Origin: Octopus sinensis
Lineage: Eukaryota
Assembly: GCF_006345805.1 (NCBI RefSeq)
Contig: NC_042999.1
Coordinates: 53,258,001 to 53,322,000, forward strand
Length of the DNA stretch: 64,000 bases
Direction of reading: 5' to 3'
Below the pieces are notes generated by a model that was not told the DNA's origin, made no database searches, and saw nothing but the letters and a program-made list of their open reading frames with translations. This document shows positions 13,214-25,210 of this stretch, in pieces (within the stretch, counting starts at the first letter, position 1; each line of letters starts with the position of its first letter). The position numbers and the translations under genes are program-made.

Positions 13214-13591
13214 ATCTCATTAAGATATCGAGCTCGAAAGTTAACTCTGATTGTCATCCCTTCGGTGTCGATAAAATAAGTACCATTTGAAAACTGGGGT
13301 CGATGTAATCGACTCATCCCAACCTCCCCCTAGCTGCCCTTGTGGCAAAAAATTGAAATAATAATTATGATTATTATTAAGGCGGTGAGCTGGCAGAATC
13401 GTTAGCATGCTAAACGAAATGCTTAGCGGTAGTTCGCCTGTCGTTACGTTCTGCTTTTAAATTCCGCCGAGGTCGACTTTACTATTCATCCTTTCGGGGT
13501 CGGTAAATTAACTTCCAATGAAACACTGGGTTCGATGTAATCGAATTATTCCCTCCACCAAAATTGCTGCCTATGTGGCAAAATTTGAAAC

Positions 13592-13610
<19 letters not shown>
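13214..13610 (+). mobile_element. SINE family C: 3'-part copy (13214-13375) followed by a full copy (13376-13610), (ATT)n tails
   Basis: ggcggtgagctggcagaatcgttagc head; ttcatcctttcggggtcg...gggttcgatgtaatcga body. Confidence 0.8.
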
Positions 13611-13622
<12 letters not shown>

Positions 13623-13699
13623 GATTTTTGTCCTGTTTAATTCTGTTATCAAATCAAAACACTTATACCGTTTATGTAACATTTTGGCTTTGCTGTAAA

Positions 13700-14100
13700 C
13701 ATCTGTATTTATCCTCTACTGAGGACTTATTGAATAATTTTGCCTAACATAGACAAGTCTTCTGTAACGCATTAATTCCTGCCCAGCTTGAAATTAAACT
13801 TTCAAGGCCCCAATAATTTAGAACAGTATCACGACTACTTTTAACTTCCATTACTTTCGTATTTTTAATGGCTGTGGTACTCTATTTCTTTTTCTTTTCT
13901 ATTTGTTCTGTATCAAAGCTTATGCCACATCGATTGCAATACATAATAACAAATTCTTAACTACAATATCCGGCTTGTTTTGTTGTCTTCTTTCGGTTTC
14001 TCTAAGACAATCGCGCAATACTCTTCGTCATTTTCTCAGGAATCGCACTTCGCTATTCTTCGGATTGTTATAGCTTTTTTGTATTGTTCATACAAATCTA
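13700..14100 (-). mobile_element. Degenerate R4/Dong endonuclease fragment
   Basis: Minus frame QNKPDIVVKNLLLCIAIDVA (PD..D motif). Confidence 0.5.
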
Positions 14101-14574
14101 AATTTCCTGCAATCAATATAACTGAGTAGTCATTTCCTTCCAAATGTTGCTAGCTTTATGCCTAAATTTAAAGCTTTTATTGGACGTTTTACAATGGAAT
14201 TATGAGAATTCATCACAGAATCATTATATAAGTAGTTCTTTGTGATAGCTTTTATTAATACCGGTCATATGCAGTGGATCTTTTTTTATAGCGGATGCGT
14301 ATTCCTTACTATCATATAGCCTTCTTTCATTTTGCTAAAGTATTTCAGGTGTTGAATTTCAGAGAAACCAATTCTATGTTTTTTTTAGAAGAACAGAAGG
14401 GAAAGTGTTCTTAAAACACTAACTGTACATTTAAAGGGTCATTATACCAATAGTAGGGACAAGCATCAATTAAATCTTACGTTTATTTTTGTTGTTATTA
14501 TTATTATTTGAGAAAGCAATGCTTGCCCTCAAAGTGACACTGGGGTAAAACATACGAAGCCCAGTATACCCAAT

Positions 14575-14790
14575 AATGATAGTAATAATAATAATCCTCT
14601 ACTACAGGCACAAGGCCTGGAATTTGGGAGGAGGGGCGAGTTGATAACATCGTTCCCAGTATTCCACTGGTACTTAAATTATTGACCCCGAAAGGATAAA
14701 ATTCAAAGCCAACCTCAGCAGAATTTGAACTCAGAACGTAGCAACGGGCGTAAGACCACTCAGAATTTCGCACGGCTTACTAAACGTTCT
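14575..14790 (-). mobile_element. SINE family C, degenerate
   Basis: gaccccgaaaggataaaattcaaagccaacctcagcagaatttgaactcagaacgta. Confidence 0.75.
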
Positions 14791-14799
14791 CAGTCGTCG

Positions 14800-15180
14800 C
14801 GACTAGGACTGTTCATGGCTTTGTCGTGACTTGGTAAGCTTTTTTGTTTTTCGCTTTATTATGATCAATTCGTTTTCACTTCATGCTCCTCTTTGCAATA
14901 TCTTTGAATCTCAGCCTAGGTCTTCCATTGTTTATTTTTCCTGTTGGGAGTAAAGGAGTTTTCTGGTGAGTCTGCTGTTCTCCATCCTCTCTACGTGTCC
15001 CATCCAACATAAAATTTTATAAATGAATATTTCCATCACAGGGTGGCGTAAGATCTCTTAATTCCTGGTTTTATCAAAGAGAGCTATATTTATAAATTGT
15101 CCCACCATATATGCATGTCTACTTGTCAATTTGAACTTTATAGAATGTCCAGGTTTCAGCTCCATACAGCTGACAACCCA
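14800..15180 (-). mobile_element. RTE-clade LINE 3' fragment
   Basis: Minus frames: LYGAETWT, GHVERMENSRLTRKLLYS, GRPRLRFKDIAKRSMK. Confidence 0.8.
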
Positions 15181-16712
15181 TATAGAATTTGTGGGGAAAG
15201 GAGACAACATTCACTTAAGTAAATGCAGTCAGCTAATATAAAAAGAGCGCAAGTGGAGGTGCGACTTTGTCGGTGAAAGAAGGGTGTTTGGATGCGAGCC
15301 GAGTGTGTGTATTCAAAGTGCCAGAAGTTAGAATCTGTAATAACGAGTAATAATTACCGAACTTTGAGAACTTCCCCTAAAAGATTTACATGCTGTTGAA
15401 GAATGGCGACAAGATAAGATTATAGAGGACAAAAAAAAAGCAGTGTAAGATTAGAGACCTTGCTTATACTTTCGTATTGCCATCTGATAATAGAAAAGTT
15501 ACCAAAGAAATTGAAGCAAAATAATACTATCACCTAATAGAAGAATGAAGGTTTTGTAGAAGACTAAGGTAATTATTCTTGTGATAATCGCTGCACTTTG
15601 AATAACCGAAACAAGAGACGCTACATGATATTGGAACTGACACACGCATTGCCGTAAATATATCGTTTCTCAGAATAGATTTACTGCCATCCAATTCCTT
15701 ATATTATTGGCTGTACATGTCATAACGCCACTGAGATATGAAAATATGTTACATACATTTGGCTTAAATAAATAATGTCCCCCCTCTTTTTGTTGCTCTT
15801 GGTTTGAAGCGAGACAAAACCACTTGTCAATAAGATGATTATTAACAAGCTACAGCATAAAACAACAACAACAACAAAAATAGTATCAATAAAATTAGTA
15901 GTAGTAGTAGTAGAAGTAGTAGTAATATAGGATCACAGTTAGAGAGATCTCTATATTCGTATGCATATGGGTAAACATTTGGGAAGCAAAATGCACAGTA
16001 AACGGAGGTAAATATCTAACAAAAGACACAGTAAGCCCCAACTTAGAAATGTCTATGAATATAATAAATAAATACATAAGTTTCAGAATAATATATGCGC
16101 AATATATTTTATGTGCATAGTCATAAATCTCAAGAGAGCATAAATATAAAGATAGCAGGTAGAAATGCTTGGAGATATGATAGAGAAGATATGTAATAAA
16201 ATGGGGAAAAAAATGGAAATAAAATATATTCTCAACTGAAAGTAAGATCATTTAAAAGAAATATAGCAAAATAACACATCTTCGATTTTGAAAAAGACAT
16301 TTAGATATTTGTGAAATAAATAACACGGAAAAATGTCAGTGTTTATAGTTATCAAACGATAGAGAACTGACAGGGAATAAAAGCGATAGAGAAATGAAAA
16401 TGTAAATTAAATAACATGTTCTTTTATTAACTCATCAGACAAACGTAATTCTGTCGTTCAGAAGTTCGATACACAACTACATTTTTAAGGTTTCAGTTGC
16501 ACTAGAAAGAAAACTGAAACAGGCGTTGCAGTGTGGGTAAGACTGTGTTTGCCAACCACACTAAACATTATATGTCTGGACATTTTTCAAGGCCTACAAA
16601 TCGTACGAGAGCCAACTCCCTGTATGCATCAAATAAACTCTTCCAAGTGTAAGGAACTTATTATAATGGTAAAGAGACCCTACAGATTTATCAGATCTTA
16701 ATTTCAAATTGT

Positions 16713-16948
16713 TTTATATTTCACTTGCTTCAATCATTAGACTGTGGCTATGGCGGTGTAATACCTTGAAAGATTTTACCCGAATGAATTAACTCTAGCA
16801 ATTTCTTTAAGCCTGCTATTTATTCTATCGGACATATTTTGCAAAACCGCTTGATTACTAGAACGTAAACACAATAACTCCTGTTGTCAAACGGTAGCGG
16901 GGGGACAAACAAACACAGATACAGACACAAACACGCACATGCACACAC

Positions 16949-16950
<2 letters not shown>
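16713..16950 (-). mobile_element. SINE family B, 3' half, diverged
   Basis: cacttgcttcaatcattagactgtggctatggcgg...ggggggacaaacaaacacag. Confidence 0.75.
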
Positions 16951-16989
<39 letters not shown>

Positions 16990-17139
16990 AGAGTTAAGTA
17001 ATTGAGTAGATAACATCGGAATTAGTAAATATACAAGCGAGGTGACAACCGCAGGCTCCTGTTCAGGCCAAGAATATCTTGATGGAATAGAGTTTTAAGA
17101 ACCTTGGACCGCTGAAATCTACAAGTTTCTTTCTTTCTT

Positions 17140-18100
17140 TCTCTCCCTCGTTTTCTCTCATTCTTTTTCATTTTTTCGGAGCGTCAAACTAATACACTTC
17201 CTTGTTGTTCATACACCTGTCTTCGTCTTTTGTGCTTCTATAAATTTCAACTATATATCTATATATATGACCGGTCAGTGTAACCACTGATTTCGTATCT
17301 ATAAGGCGCTTAGCTGTATAGGCAACTTCTCAGCCTTAAGTGGCTGGAGGTATAAAACATTCCTTCAACTGCAGGAAGGGATATGTCATTTTGAAAAAAA
17401 ATTCTTAAAAACATTTGGAAAAAATTCTACTGGCAAAAACATGGACAAAGCGGTATCATCCCCTCTATCAGTATCAGTCATATTTACTACAGGCCAGGCG
17501 AAGGTGCCCGAGGCTGGCAGCATTTCCATTCTCGGTAAATGAGGATTTCCACATAAATTCCCTCTGATGTGGGCACTGACTAAACACTTCTGTTTCCGAG
17601 TTTAAAAGGTCCCGGGATTAAAAGAGTTCTTCAGGATTCTTGCTCTTTCGGTCAAACAAACCTTACATCGTTTGCTTCTGTTGAAGTATGGCCTCGATTG
17701 TCCTAGTGGCCTCCACTTGACAACTGGTATTCTGTTGTTTACGATCCTGTGACTTAGCGATTCAGCAAAACATACCGATGGGTTAAGTTCCAAGTTTAAA
17801 TAGAAATAGCCATTTGTGTAGATTTGTTGGACTAAACCCTTCAAGGCACCGAATTCCTGAACTAAGCAAATTATTAGCGCAATATTCTCCACCGGAAACC
17901 AATTCTCTGCAAAAGTTCAGTAAAAAAGAACACGGTGTCTATTTTCCAGAAATTTGCGATACACATTCTGCATCAGTTATACTTTCTTTGACTGTATCTC
18001 ACTTTTACTTTTTGCCTCCTTCTTTTTGTATGACTCGAAAAATCGATCAGACAGAATTTATATCGGTTCTTATTAAATACAGTATACCAGTATATAATTA
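17140..18100 (-). mobile_element. Penelope-like element remnant (GIY-YIG C-terminus plus pLTR-type end)
   Basis: ORF 17602..17892 VKWRPLGQSRPYFNRSKRCKVCLTERARIL matches the CxxCLxE tail of Penelope GIY-YIG domains; terminal piece ...aaatttcaacta(TA)n at 17200-17270 is shared with 25088-25145. Boundaries approximate. Confidence 0.65.
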
Positions 18101-18256
18101 TATGTGTTGTTAGATTAAATTTAAATTATTTCACATATTTTCTTGAAAAACGAATTTAACACACTAGTACAACAAGTTTACAAATCGAAGAGCAAACCCC
18201 AACTGAACGACTCGACTTGATAGCGGTTCATTCTTTCTGAAATACTATTTCCTCTT

Positions 18257-18615
18257 GGTGTGGCTGTGTGGCAAGACGTTTGCTTCCCAACCACATGCGT
18301 CTAGGTTCTGTCCCACTGTGTGTCACCTTCAGCGTGTGTTTTCTACTACATCCTCGCATCTAGCGAAGCCTTGTAAATGGATTTAGTAGACGGAAACTGA
18401 AGGAAGCCCATCGTATACGCGCGTGTGTGTGCCGCCTCCGCCCCCACCGCTTGATAATCGGTGTTGGTGACTTAACGACGCTGAAATTTAGCAGTTCTTC
18501 AAAGGAAACCAACAGAATAAGTACTAAGCTTTAAAAACATGTCCTAAAATTCTTCAAGGTGGTGCCCCAGCTTGACCACAGTCTAGTAACTGAAACACGT
18601 GGAAGGTAAAAGGTG
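18257..18615 (+). mobile_element. SINE family B, diverged
   Basis: gtggctgtgtggcaagacgtttgcttcccaaccacatg...gacggaaactgaagga. Confidence 0.85.
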
Positions 18616-18914
18616 ATAGAAGGTCAAGATGCACTGCGTCTGGAACAGGTGCAGAATGCTCACAGCTAGATTCATTTTGCTCGTTGATTTACGCAATCTG
18701 GATTGCCAAATGTTAGACCTTTGATGTGTAAAATGTCTTTGCCCATACGATAGAAGTAGAATTATCGTCCTTGTAATGTTTGGGGTGGTAAAATACAGAA
18801 TCTATTTTCTTCGTGTTACTACGCTTCTTAGAAGATGTTTGTATTTTTGCCAGTCATCTACTCAACATTCCGGATTTCATATATTCATTATCGTTATTGT
18901 AAATTCTATCTTAC

Positions 18915-19001
18915 CTGGCAAACTTGGCGGCTAGTACGTGCCTCATTTCCCACCATTCTTGAACAGTTTTCTTAAAGTGTCTGTGACCTTTCATACTTCC
19001 A
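18915..19001 (-). other. Candidate 87-nt exon of an unidentified minus-strand transcript
   Basis: Acceptor tttgttgtgtttaaatcag, donor CAG|gtaaga; one open frame GSMKGHRHFKKTVQEWWEMRHVLAAKFA. No homology recognised. Confidence 0.35.
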
Positions 19002-19025
19002 CTGATTTAAACACAACAAACATAT

Positions 19026-19162
19026 TATTGTTTTCTACTCTAGGAACAAGTCCCGAAATGTTTGGGGAATCAGCGGAATTTGAACTGAGAACGTAAAGAC
19101 CGACGAAATGCCGCTAAGCATTTCGCTCGGCGTGTTAACGTTTCTAACAGCTCGCCACCTTA
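19026..19162 (-). mobile_element. SINE family C, internally deleted
   Basis: Head ccgctaagcatttcgctcggcgtgttaacgtttctaacagctcgccacctta joined directly to the tail. Confidence 0.75.
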
Positions 19163-19493
19163 CGCAAACATATTATTGAAATTTCTTAAGATATTCTACT
19201 CAAAGACAGAGAACAGCACTTTTCAGCCGTAATGGTAACCTATTTTAAAACAAAAGCTTGAACGCCTGCGCACAATTATGCGTCTTTTATAAATATTTAG
19301 TATTTACTAAATGGCATTAGTCAACATCCAAAATACTATTTTTTGAAGGGAAATACAATGGTCCGGTCTTTGTTCCTTTAACATTTTTTTAGAGTTTACT
19401 TGTAAAAATCTGTTTACAAAACAAAATAAAAACAAAAACAAGAATCAAATGTAAGTTACACATGATATTCGGGAATTTTTTTTCCTCTTTGCG

Positions 19494-19862
19494 ACACTCC
19501 GTCGGTTACGACGACGAGGGCTCCAGTTGATCCAATCAACGGAACAGCCTGCTCGTGAAATTAACATGCAAGTCGCTGAGCATTCCACAGACACGTGTAC
19601 TCTTAACTTAGTTCTGGAGGAGATTCAACACGACAGTGTGACAAGGCTGGCCCTTTGAAATACAAGTGCAACAGAAACAGGAAGAAAGGGCGAGAGAAAG
19701 TTATGGTAAAAGAGTACAGTAGAGTTCGCCACTACACCCTACCGGAGCTTCGTGGAGCTTTGTGTTTTCGCTCAATAAATCCTCACAACGCCCGGTCTGG
19801 GAATTGAAACCACGATCCTACGACTGTGAGTCTGCTGCCCTAACCACTGGGCCATTGCGCTT
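19494..19862 (-). mobile_element. SINE family A, full length
   Basis: Head gcgcaatggcccagtggttagggcagcagactc; tail ...ttaatttcacgagcaggctgttccgttgattggatcaactggagccctcgtcgtcgtaaccgacggagtg. Confidence 0.9.
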
Positions 19863-19974
19863 CCACATTCACGAAATTAACACTATTTCTACGCGTAATA
19901 TGACGCAGGGTGAATATTTAATATCACCATATTCTTACATTACTTCCAATATGATACGATTTTTTTTCTGAGCT

Positions 19975-20112
19975 CAAACGCCGCCGAGGTCGATTTTGCC
20001 TTTCATCCTTTTGGAGTCGATAAAATAAGCTCCAATTTATCATTGTAGTCGATGTAATCGAATTACCCACTCTTTCGAGCTTGCTGGCCTTGTGCCAAAA
20101 TTTGAAGCCAAT
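19975..20112 (+). mobile_element. SINE family C, 5'-truncated
   Basis: gccgaggtcgattttgcctttcatccttttggagtcgataaa. Confidence 0.75.
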
Positions 20113-20677
20113 ATGATAGAGTTTGTGAGTATCCCCGTTGATAATTATTGAGTGACTATGTAAATTAACAAGATGTCAGCTATTCTAGTTTGAAGTCAAA
20201 TGATATCCTAAGTCTTTTAAGTGGTTTCACCTGCACGGCTTCTTCGCTTTTTGTATTGTAAAATAGACGAAAATTTGACTTAGTTGCACTATCGCAGACA
20301 TTAGGAGCAAAAATTTAGTATATAAGGTCACGGAAGGGTAAGAGGGAATCAAAGACTCAATCGAATGGATTTATTTCTTCTGAAATATTATTCATAGAGA
20401 AATTAAGAACACAATGGGAGATCATGTTTGTTTCTCTAACAATCATTTATTTCTTTTCTACTGAAATAACAGTGGCATTAAAGATTGGGCCATGGTGTTT
20501 GGCCCATGGTGTTTGAGGTGATGAGTAATTTACTATATTCAATAATTTGGTACGGTTCAGTTAAACAGCTTATTCGTGCTGGAGGGGGATATACCACACA
20601 TGCAAACACTAAAAATGACTATTGACATCTGACCCATTTCGCTACTATTAGCACAACAAACAAACAAGTAATATGTT

Positions 20678-20778
<101 letters not shown>

Positions 20779-21829
20779 TGAATAGTGTGTTTTAAAATTA
20801 GCAGGACCAGATTGCAATATTGTCGTGTGATTTATATTTTTGCTATTTCAAGGAAAGATATGTTAATTATATTTGGATTTATGAAAAAAGGTAATTTGTG
20901 TATAGAGCTAAAAGAGACCTTCAAATTTCTAACCGTAGAACAAGGCCTCAGACTATGAATGACGCGTGTAACTGATTTAATCGAGATGAGGGATTGGTAG
21001 TTATTTAATAAATGCTGGAGCATCAGGAGCTAAGGCGATCTTAGTGTGAGATGAAAGATATGAAAATAATGTAAACCAATCCTATAAGGCATTGAATCAA
21101 TCTTTCAACCAGTTTCTTATTCGATGTCCTTTATATTGAATCAATATTGTTATCAGAATGCAAAGCTTAGCAGATGAAATCTAATTTGCCTTCCTCTAAA
21201 GATAAATGCTTTTGTTCTTAGGAAAAATATGATACGATATTATAAAAGAAAAGAAATGGAGGTTTTGATTAGGAATCCGGTACTATGTTGGTGTCAACTA
21301 AAACAGTCAACTAAATGCAAAATACAAAACCAGGTTGAAAATGAGAATAGGTTTGGTTGCTGTGAGAAGAAAAATATTTGAATGTTTCGGAAAGAGTCCT
21401 TCAACAAAGGTACGTCAGGTTTTTTTCGTTTATGAAACCAGACAAAGCTACTGACGCCAACAAATTCGTATAGAACTATTTTACCATTTTTCTTAGAATA
21501 TATTCTCTCCATTTTGCTACGATTTTGAATTTTACTCAGTCTGCTAAGATTCAGAATTTTAACCAGTTTAAAGTAACATTGTTACTTTCATGTGTTTTAC
21601 TTACGTAAATCATTTTACTTCTGTATCTGATTGAAGTACCGTTAGAATACCGACAAAAATTAACCATAAAAGAAAACTTGCGCCACAAAACGAGATATAC
21701 AATGACTTTTATTTAATGTATAAATTGCTGCTGTATTTGCTGTTTACTTCAATTGTCAGACATCAAACCAATATATTATGCGAACGTCTAAAAGCAACGG
21801 GATCAAAGTTATAAACGAATATAAACAGG

Positions 21830-21861
<32 letters not shown>

Positions 21862-22515
21862 CGATGAACAAAATTATGTGTATAGCATTCAGAGCACACA
21901 GCAAATCTTGAACGAATAAGAAACCTGAACAGTAGAATCAACTACCTACATCTATAGGTATTTAAGAAAAACTTAGAAACATGTTTCCGAATCTTTATAC
22001 GTAATCAGCCAAATTATACTAACACAAATACACTTAGAATTTCATTGTTACTTTCTCTGAAAAATTACTTTCTTGGACATGTATCGAATTTTCTTCTGGA
22101 AATATCAAAATGGCAGCTTGACCATCGCGCTGAAATTTCATTCAATATATATTGTAAATGTGACCAGCCGTCTGAGACAATACACCGCACTGCATCAGAA
22201 TATTAGCCACTGTAGTTATATTCTTGGAGACATAACACCAAGTATATTTAATACAGACCGGGTCAACCAACATTTTACGTAAACTTAAGTAATCCGCCAC
22301 CTTCTTAGCATATAACAATGTCCTCCTATTTTGGTGTGGAGAATGTTGCCGCTTTTACTATTCCACTGAATAAGGATTTAATTACTGACATCGAGAGATC
22401 ATCTTTTAAGTGGATATTGAGCATTTAGTTCACGGATTATGAAATTGAATAGCCTCGTGGCTGTCATTCATGCGGATAGTAGAGTTACTTCGGTCAGTTT
22501 AATGACATCACTTAC

Positions 22516-22647
22516 CAGCTTGGATAAATTTAGCAGAGTACAGTCTGTACCATACGTTCAGACCAACCCATTGTTTTAAAGAGCATTCCTCTTCCTCTCA
22601 CTACACTCAGACGCTCTGTAGAAGGTCAAGTGCACTATCTTTTCTGT
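22516..22647 (-). other. Candidate 132-nt exon of an unidentified minus-strand transcript
   Basis: Acceptor taatttttattttactcag, donor CTG|gtaagt; all frames contain stops; the phase-1 frame ends RKDSALDLLQSV*. Confidence 0.35.
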
Positions 22648-23186
22648 CTGAGTAAAATAAAAATTAATCAGTCAAACGCGCTTTCTACAGCACATATAAG
22701 AAGAATGCACACGTACTTCAAATCGGTTTTATTTCATTCCTTCTTTCTTTTCTCTTGCCTTTCATTCAAATTTGATGAAGGATTTACCAGGAAAGTTTGC
22801 CTACCACTTTTCCTTTTTTCAGCCACTACTCATTGTGTACGACCTTTATTCTTACTTTGTGTGTGGTGGGGTGCGTGACTTCTTTCCATTTTGTCCATCA
22901 GTTTCCGTGATTTTTGTCTCATGTGAATGCGCATAACCTAGTGTTAAAATTGTTGCACCCACGATCGTCAGATCATGGTTTACGTTCCCAGACTGATCGT
23001 GTGTTGTGTTCTTGAGCAAAACACTTTCTTTTACAATGTTCTTGAGGTGTGGGGGACTGTTGTGTCAAAGAGCACACCCAAACATTTCCTCTGCGTACAT
23101 ATATATATATATATATATATATACACATCAAATGAATAAGAGATAATGGGTAATTGTCAGCTCAACATAGCTGTTTCTTACGCATC

Positions 23187-23230
<44 letters not shown>

Positions 23231-23231
23231 C

Positions 23232-23324
23232 TCCTTCTTCCCTTCTTTCCTGAGCGTCCAATGATACTTTATTTGTTCCACATCCTTGCGTTGTTGTCTT
23301 TTGGTTTTCTTGTTTGGATTAACT

Positions 23325-23364
<40 letters not shown>

Positions 23365-24058
23365 TCAATATAGGGTAGCAAAAAATTCAATAGAAATTTT
23401 TTCGCCACCAGCGGTCTAGTGAGAAAGAGAAAATAGTCAGAGACTATATATATAAATTCAACAACATTGAGGAACGGCCTCAATAGGCCATTCGACCCAC
23501 TAGAAAGAGCAGCCAGGACTCAAACCGACAAGTAGTAGTAATTCAGAAACTAAAGGATATGAATAGGGTAAATGTTTTTTAATTTTCCTTTAGTTTCTGA
23601 ATTACTACTACTTCTCACTAGACCGCTGGTGGCGAAAAAATTTCTATTGAACTTTTTGCTACCCTATATTGATTAATTAATGATTTTCTGACTAATTCTG
23701 AACTTGAATCAGCAGTTTATATTTGCTGCTGATAAGTTGGCGCGATTACGGTGGTTTTGAAAATTTAGGGCAGATATTCCCGGGGCATAGATACTGCTGC
23801 CTCGTGTATATCTCTGTTCCTCCTGGCTTCTTTACCGATGAGACGAGCCAATGGTAGATTGACTTGATTGAATTTAATTTAATTTAATTAAGCTGGTTTG
23901 CCATTAAAAACGTCGAAACAATGCATTGTCTAAAGATGAATAGGGTAAATGTTTTTTAATTTTCCTTTAGTTCCTGAATTACTACTACTTGGCGGTTTGA
24001 GTCCTAGCTGCTCTTTCTAGTGGGTTGAATGGCCTATTGAGGCCGTTCCTCAATGTTG

Positions 24059-24063
<5 letters not shown>
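23232..24063. mobile_element. Penelope-like pLTR-derived fold-back block between (TA)n tracts
   Basis: Inverted pairs 23360-23425/23612-23677 and 23457-23557/23963-24063; direct repeat 23559-23613/23936-23990; contains a hammerhead; pieces shared with 28848-28905 and 62107-62220. Confidence 0.65.
23829..23936 (+). ncRNA. Type I hammerhead ribozyme with extended stem II
   Basis: Stem I tcttta (23829-34)/taaaga (23931-36); core CCGATGA (23835-41); stem II gacg/cgtc plus aatggtaga/tttgccatt; GAAA (23915-18); stem III ac-aatgcatt-gt; GUC cleavage triplet ending 23930. Confidence 0.8.
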
Positions 24064-24105
<42 letters not shown>

Positions 24106-24573
24106 ATATATATATATGCATATATATAAATTTCAACTATATATATATATATGCATATATATAAATTTCAACTATATATATATATATGCATATATATAAA
24201 TTTCAACTATATATATATATGTGCATATATATAAATTTCAACTATATATATATATGTGCATATATATAAATTTCAACTATATATATATATGTGCATATAT
24301 ATAAATTTCAACTATATATATATATGTGCATATATATAAATTTCAACTATATATATGTGCATATATATAAATTTCAACTATATATATATATGTGCATATA
24401 TATATAAATTTCAACTATATATATATATGTGCATATATATAAATTTCAACTATATATATATATATGTGCATATATATAATTTCAACTATATATATATATA
24501 TATATGTGCATATATATAAATTTCAACTATATATATATATATATATATATGTGCATATATATATATAAATTTC

Positions 24574-24607
<34 letters not shown>

Positions 24608-24726
24608 TTCAACTAATATATATAATATATATATATATATATAATGTGCATATATATATATATGTGCATATATATATATAATGTGCATATATATATATAA
24701 TGTGCATATATATATATATAAATGTC

Positions 24727-24761
<35 letters not shown>

Positions 24762-24784
24762 GTGCATATATATATATAAATGTC

Positions 24785-24821
<37 letters not shown>

Positions 24822-24958
24822 CATATAATATATAAATGTCAACTAATATATATATATATATATATATAATGTGCATATATATATATATAAATGTCAACTA
24901 TATATATATATATATATTATATATATATGTGCATATATATATATATAAATGTCAACTA

Positions 24959-25007
<49 letters not shown>

Positions 25008-25040
25008 GTGCATATATATATATAAATGTCAACTTCTCTC

Positions 25041-25087
<47 letters not shown>
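24064..25087. repeat. Complex minisatellite [aaatttcaacta(TA)n-gtgca(TA)n], then (CT)n(TA)n
   Basis: About 25 units; distal units carry the variant aaatgtcaacta. Confidence 0.95.
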
Positions 25088-25112
<25 letters not shown>

Positions 25113-25210
25113 GAAATTTACAGAAAAACGAAAGACGAAGTCGAGTTTCTAGCTTAGATGAGAAAGTATTTTACATTTCGAGCCTACGCTCTTCAACAGA
25201 AAAGGACGCG
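25088..25210 (-). mobile_element. Penelope-like pLTR end with decayed minimal hammerhead
   Basis: Reverse complement tccttttctgttgaagagcgtaggctcgaaatgtaaa (core CTGTTGA, stem gagc/gctc, GAAA, GTA), followed by gacttcgtctttcg...aaatttcaacta(TA)n. Confidence 0.6.

Noticed and set aside
16497-16536. 40-nt plus-strand exon-like segment (ALERKLKQALQC)
   Set aside because: Isolated, very short and overlapping small hairpins; unsupported.
19800-19862. tRNA-like sequences in SINE heads (also 27553, 54197, 56233)
   Set aside because: They continue into SINE bodies and lack complete cloverleafs; not tRNA genes.
20800-21500. Possible L1/Tx1 RT remnant
   Set aside because: Only vague motifs; too decayed to call.
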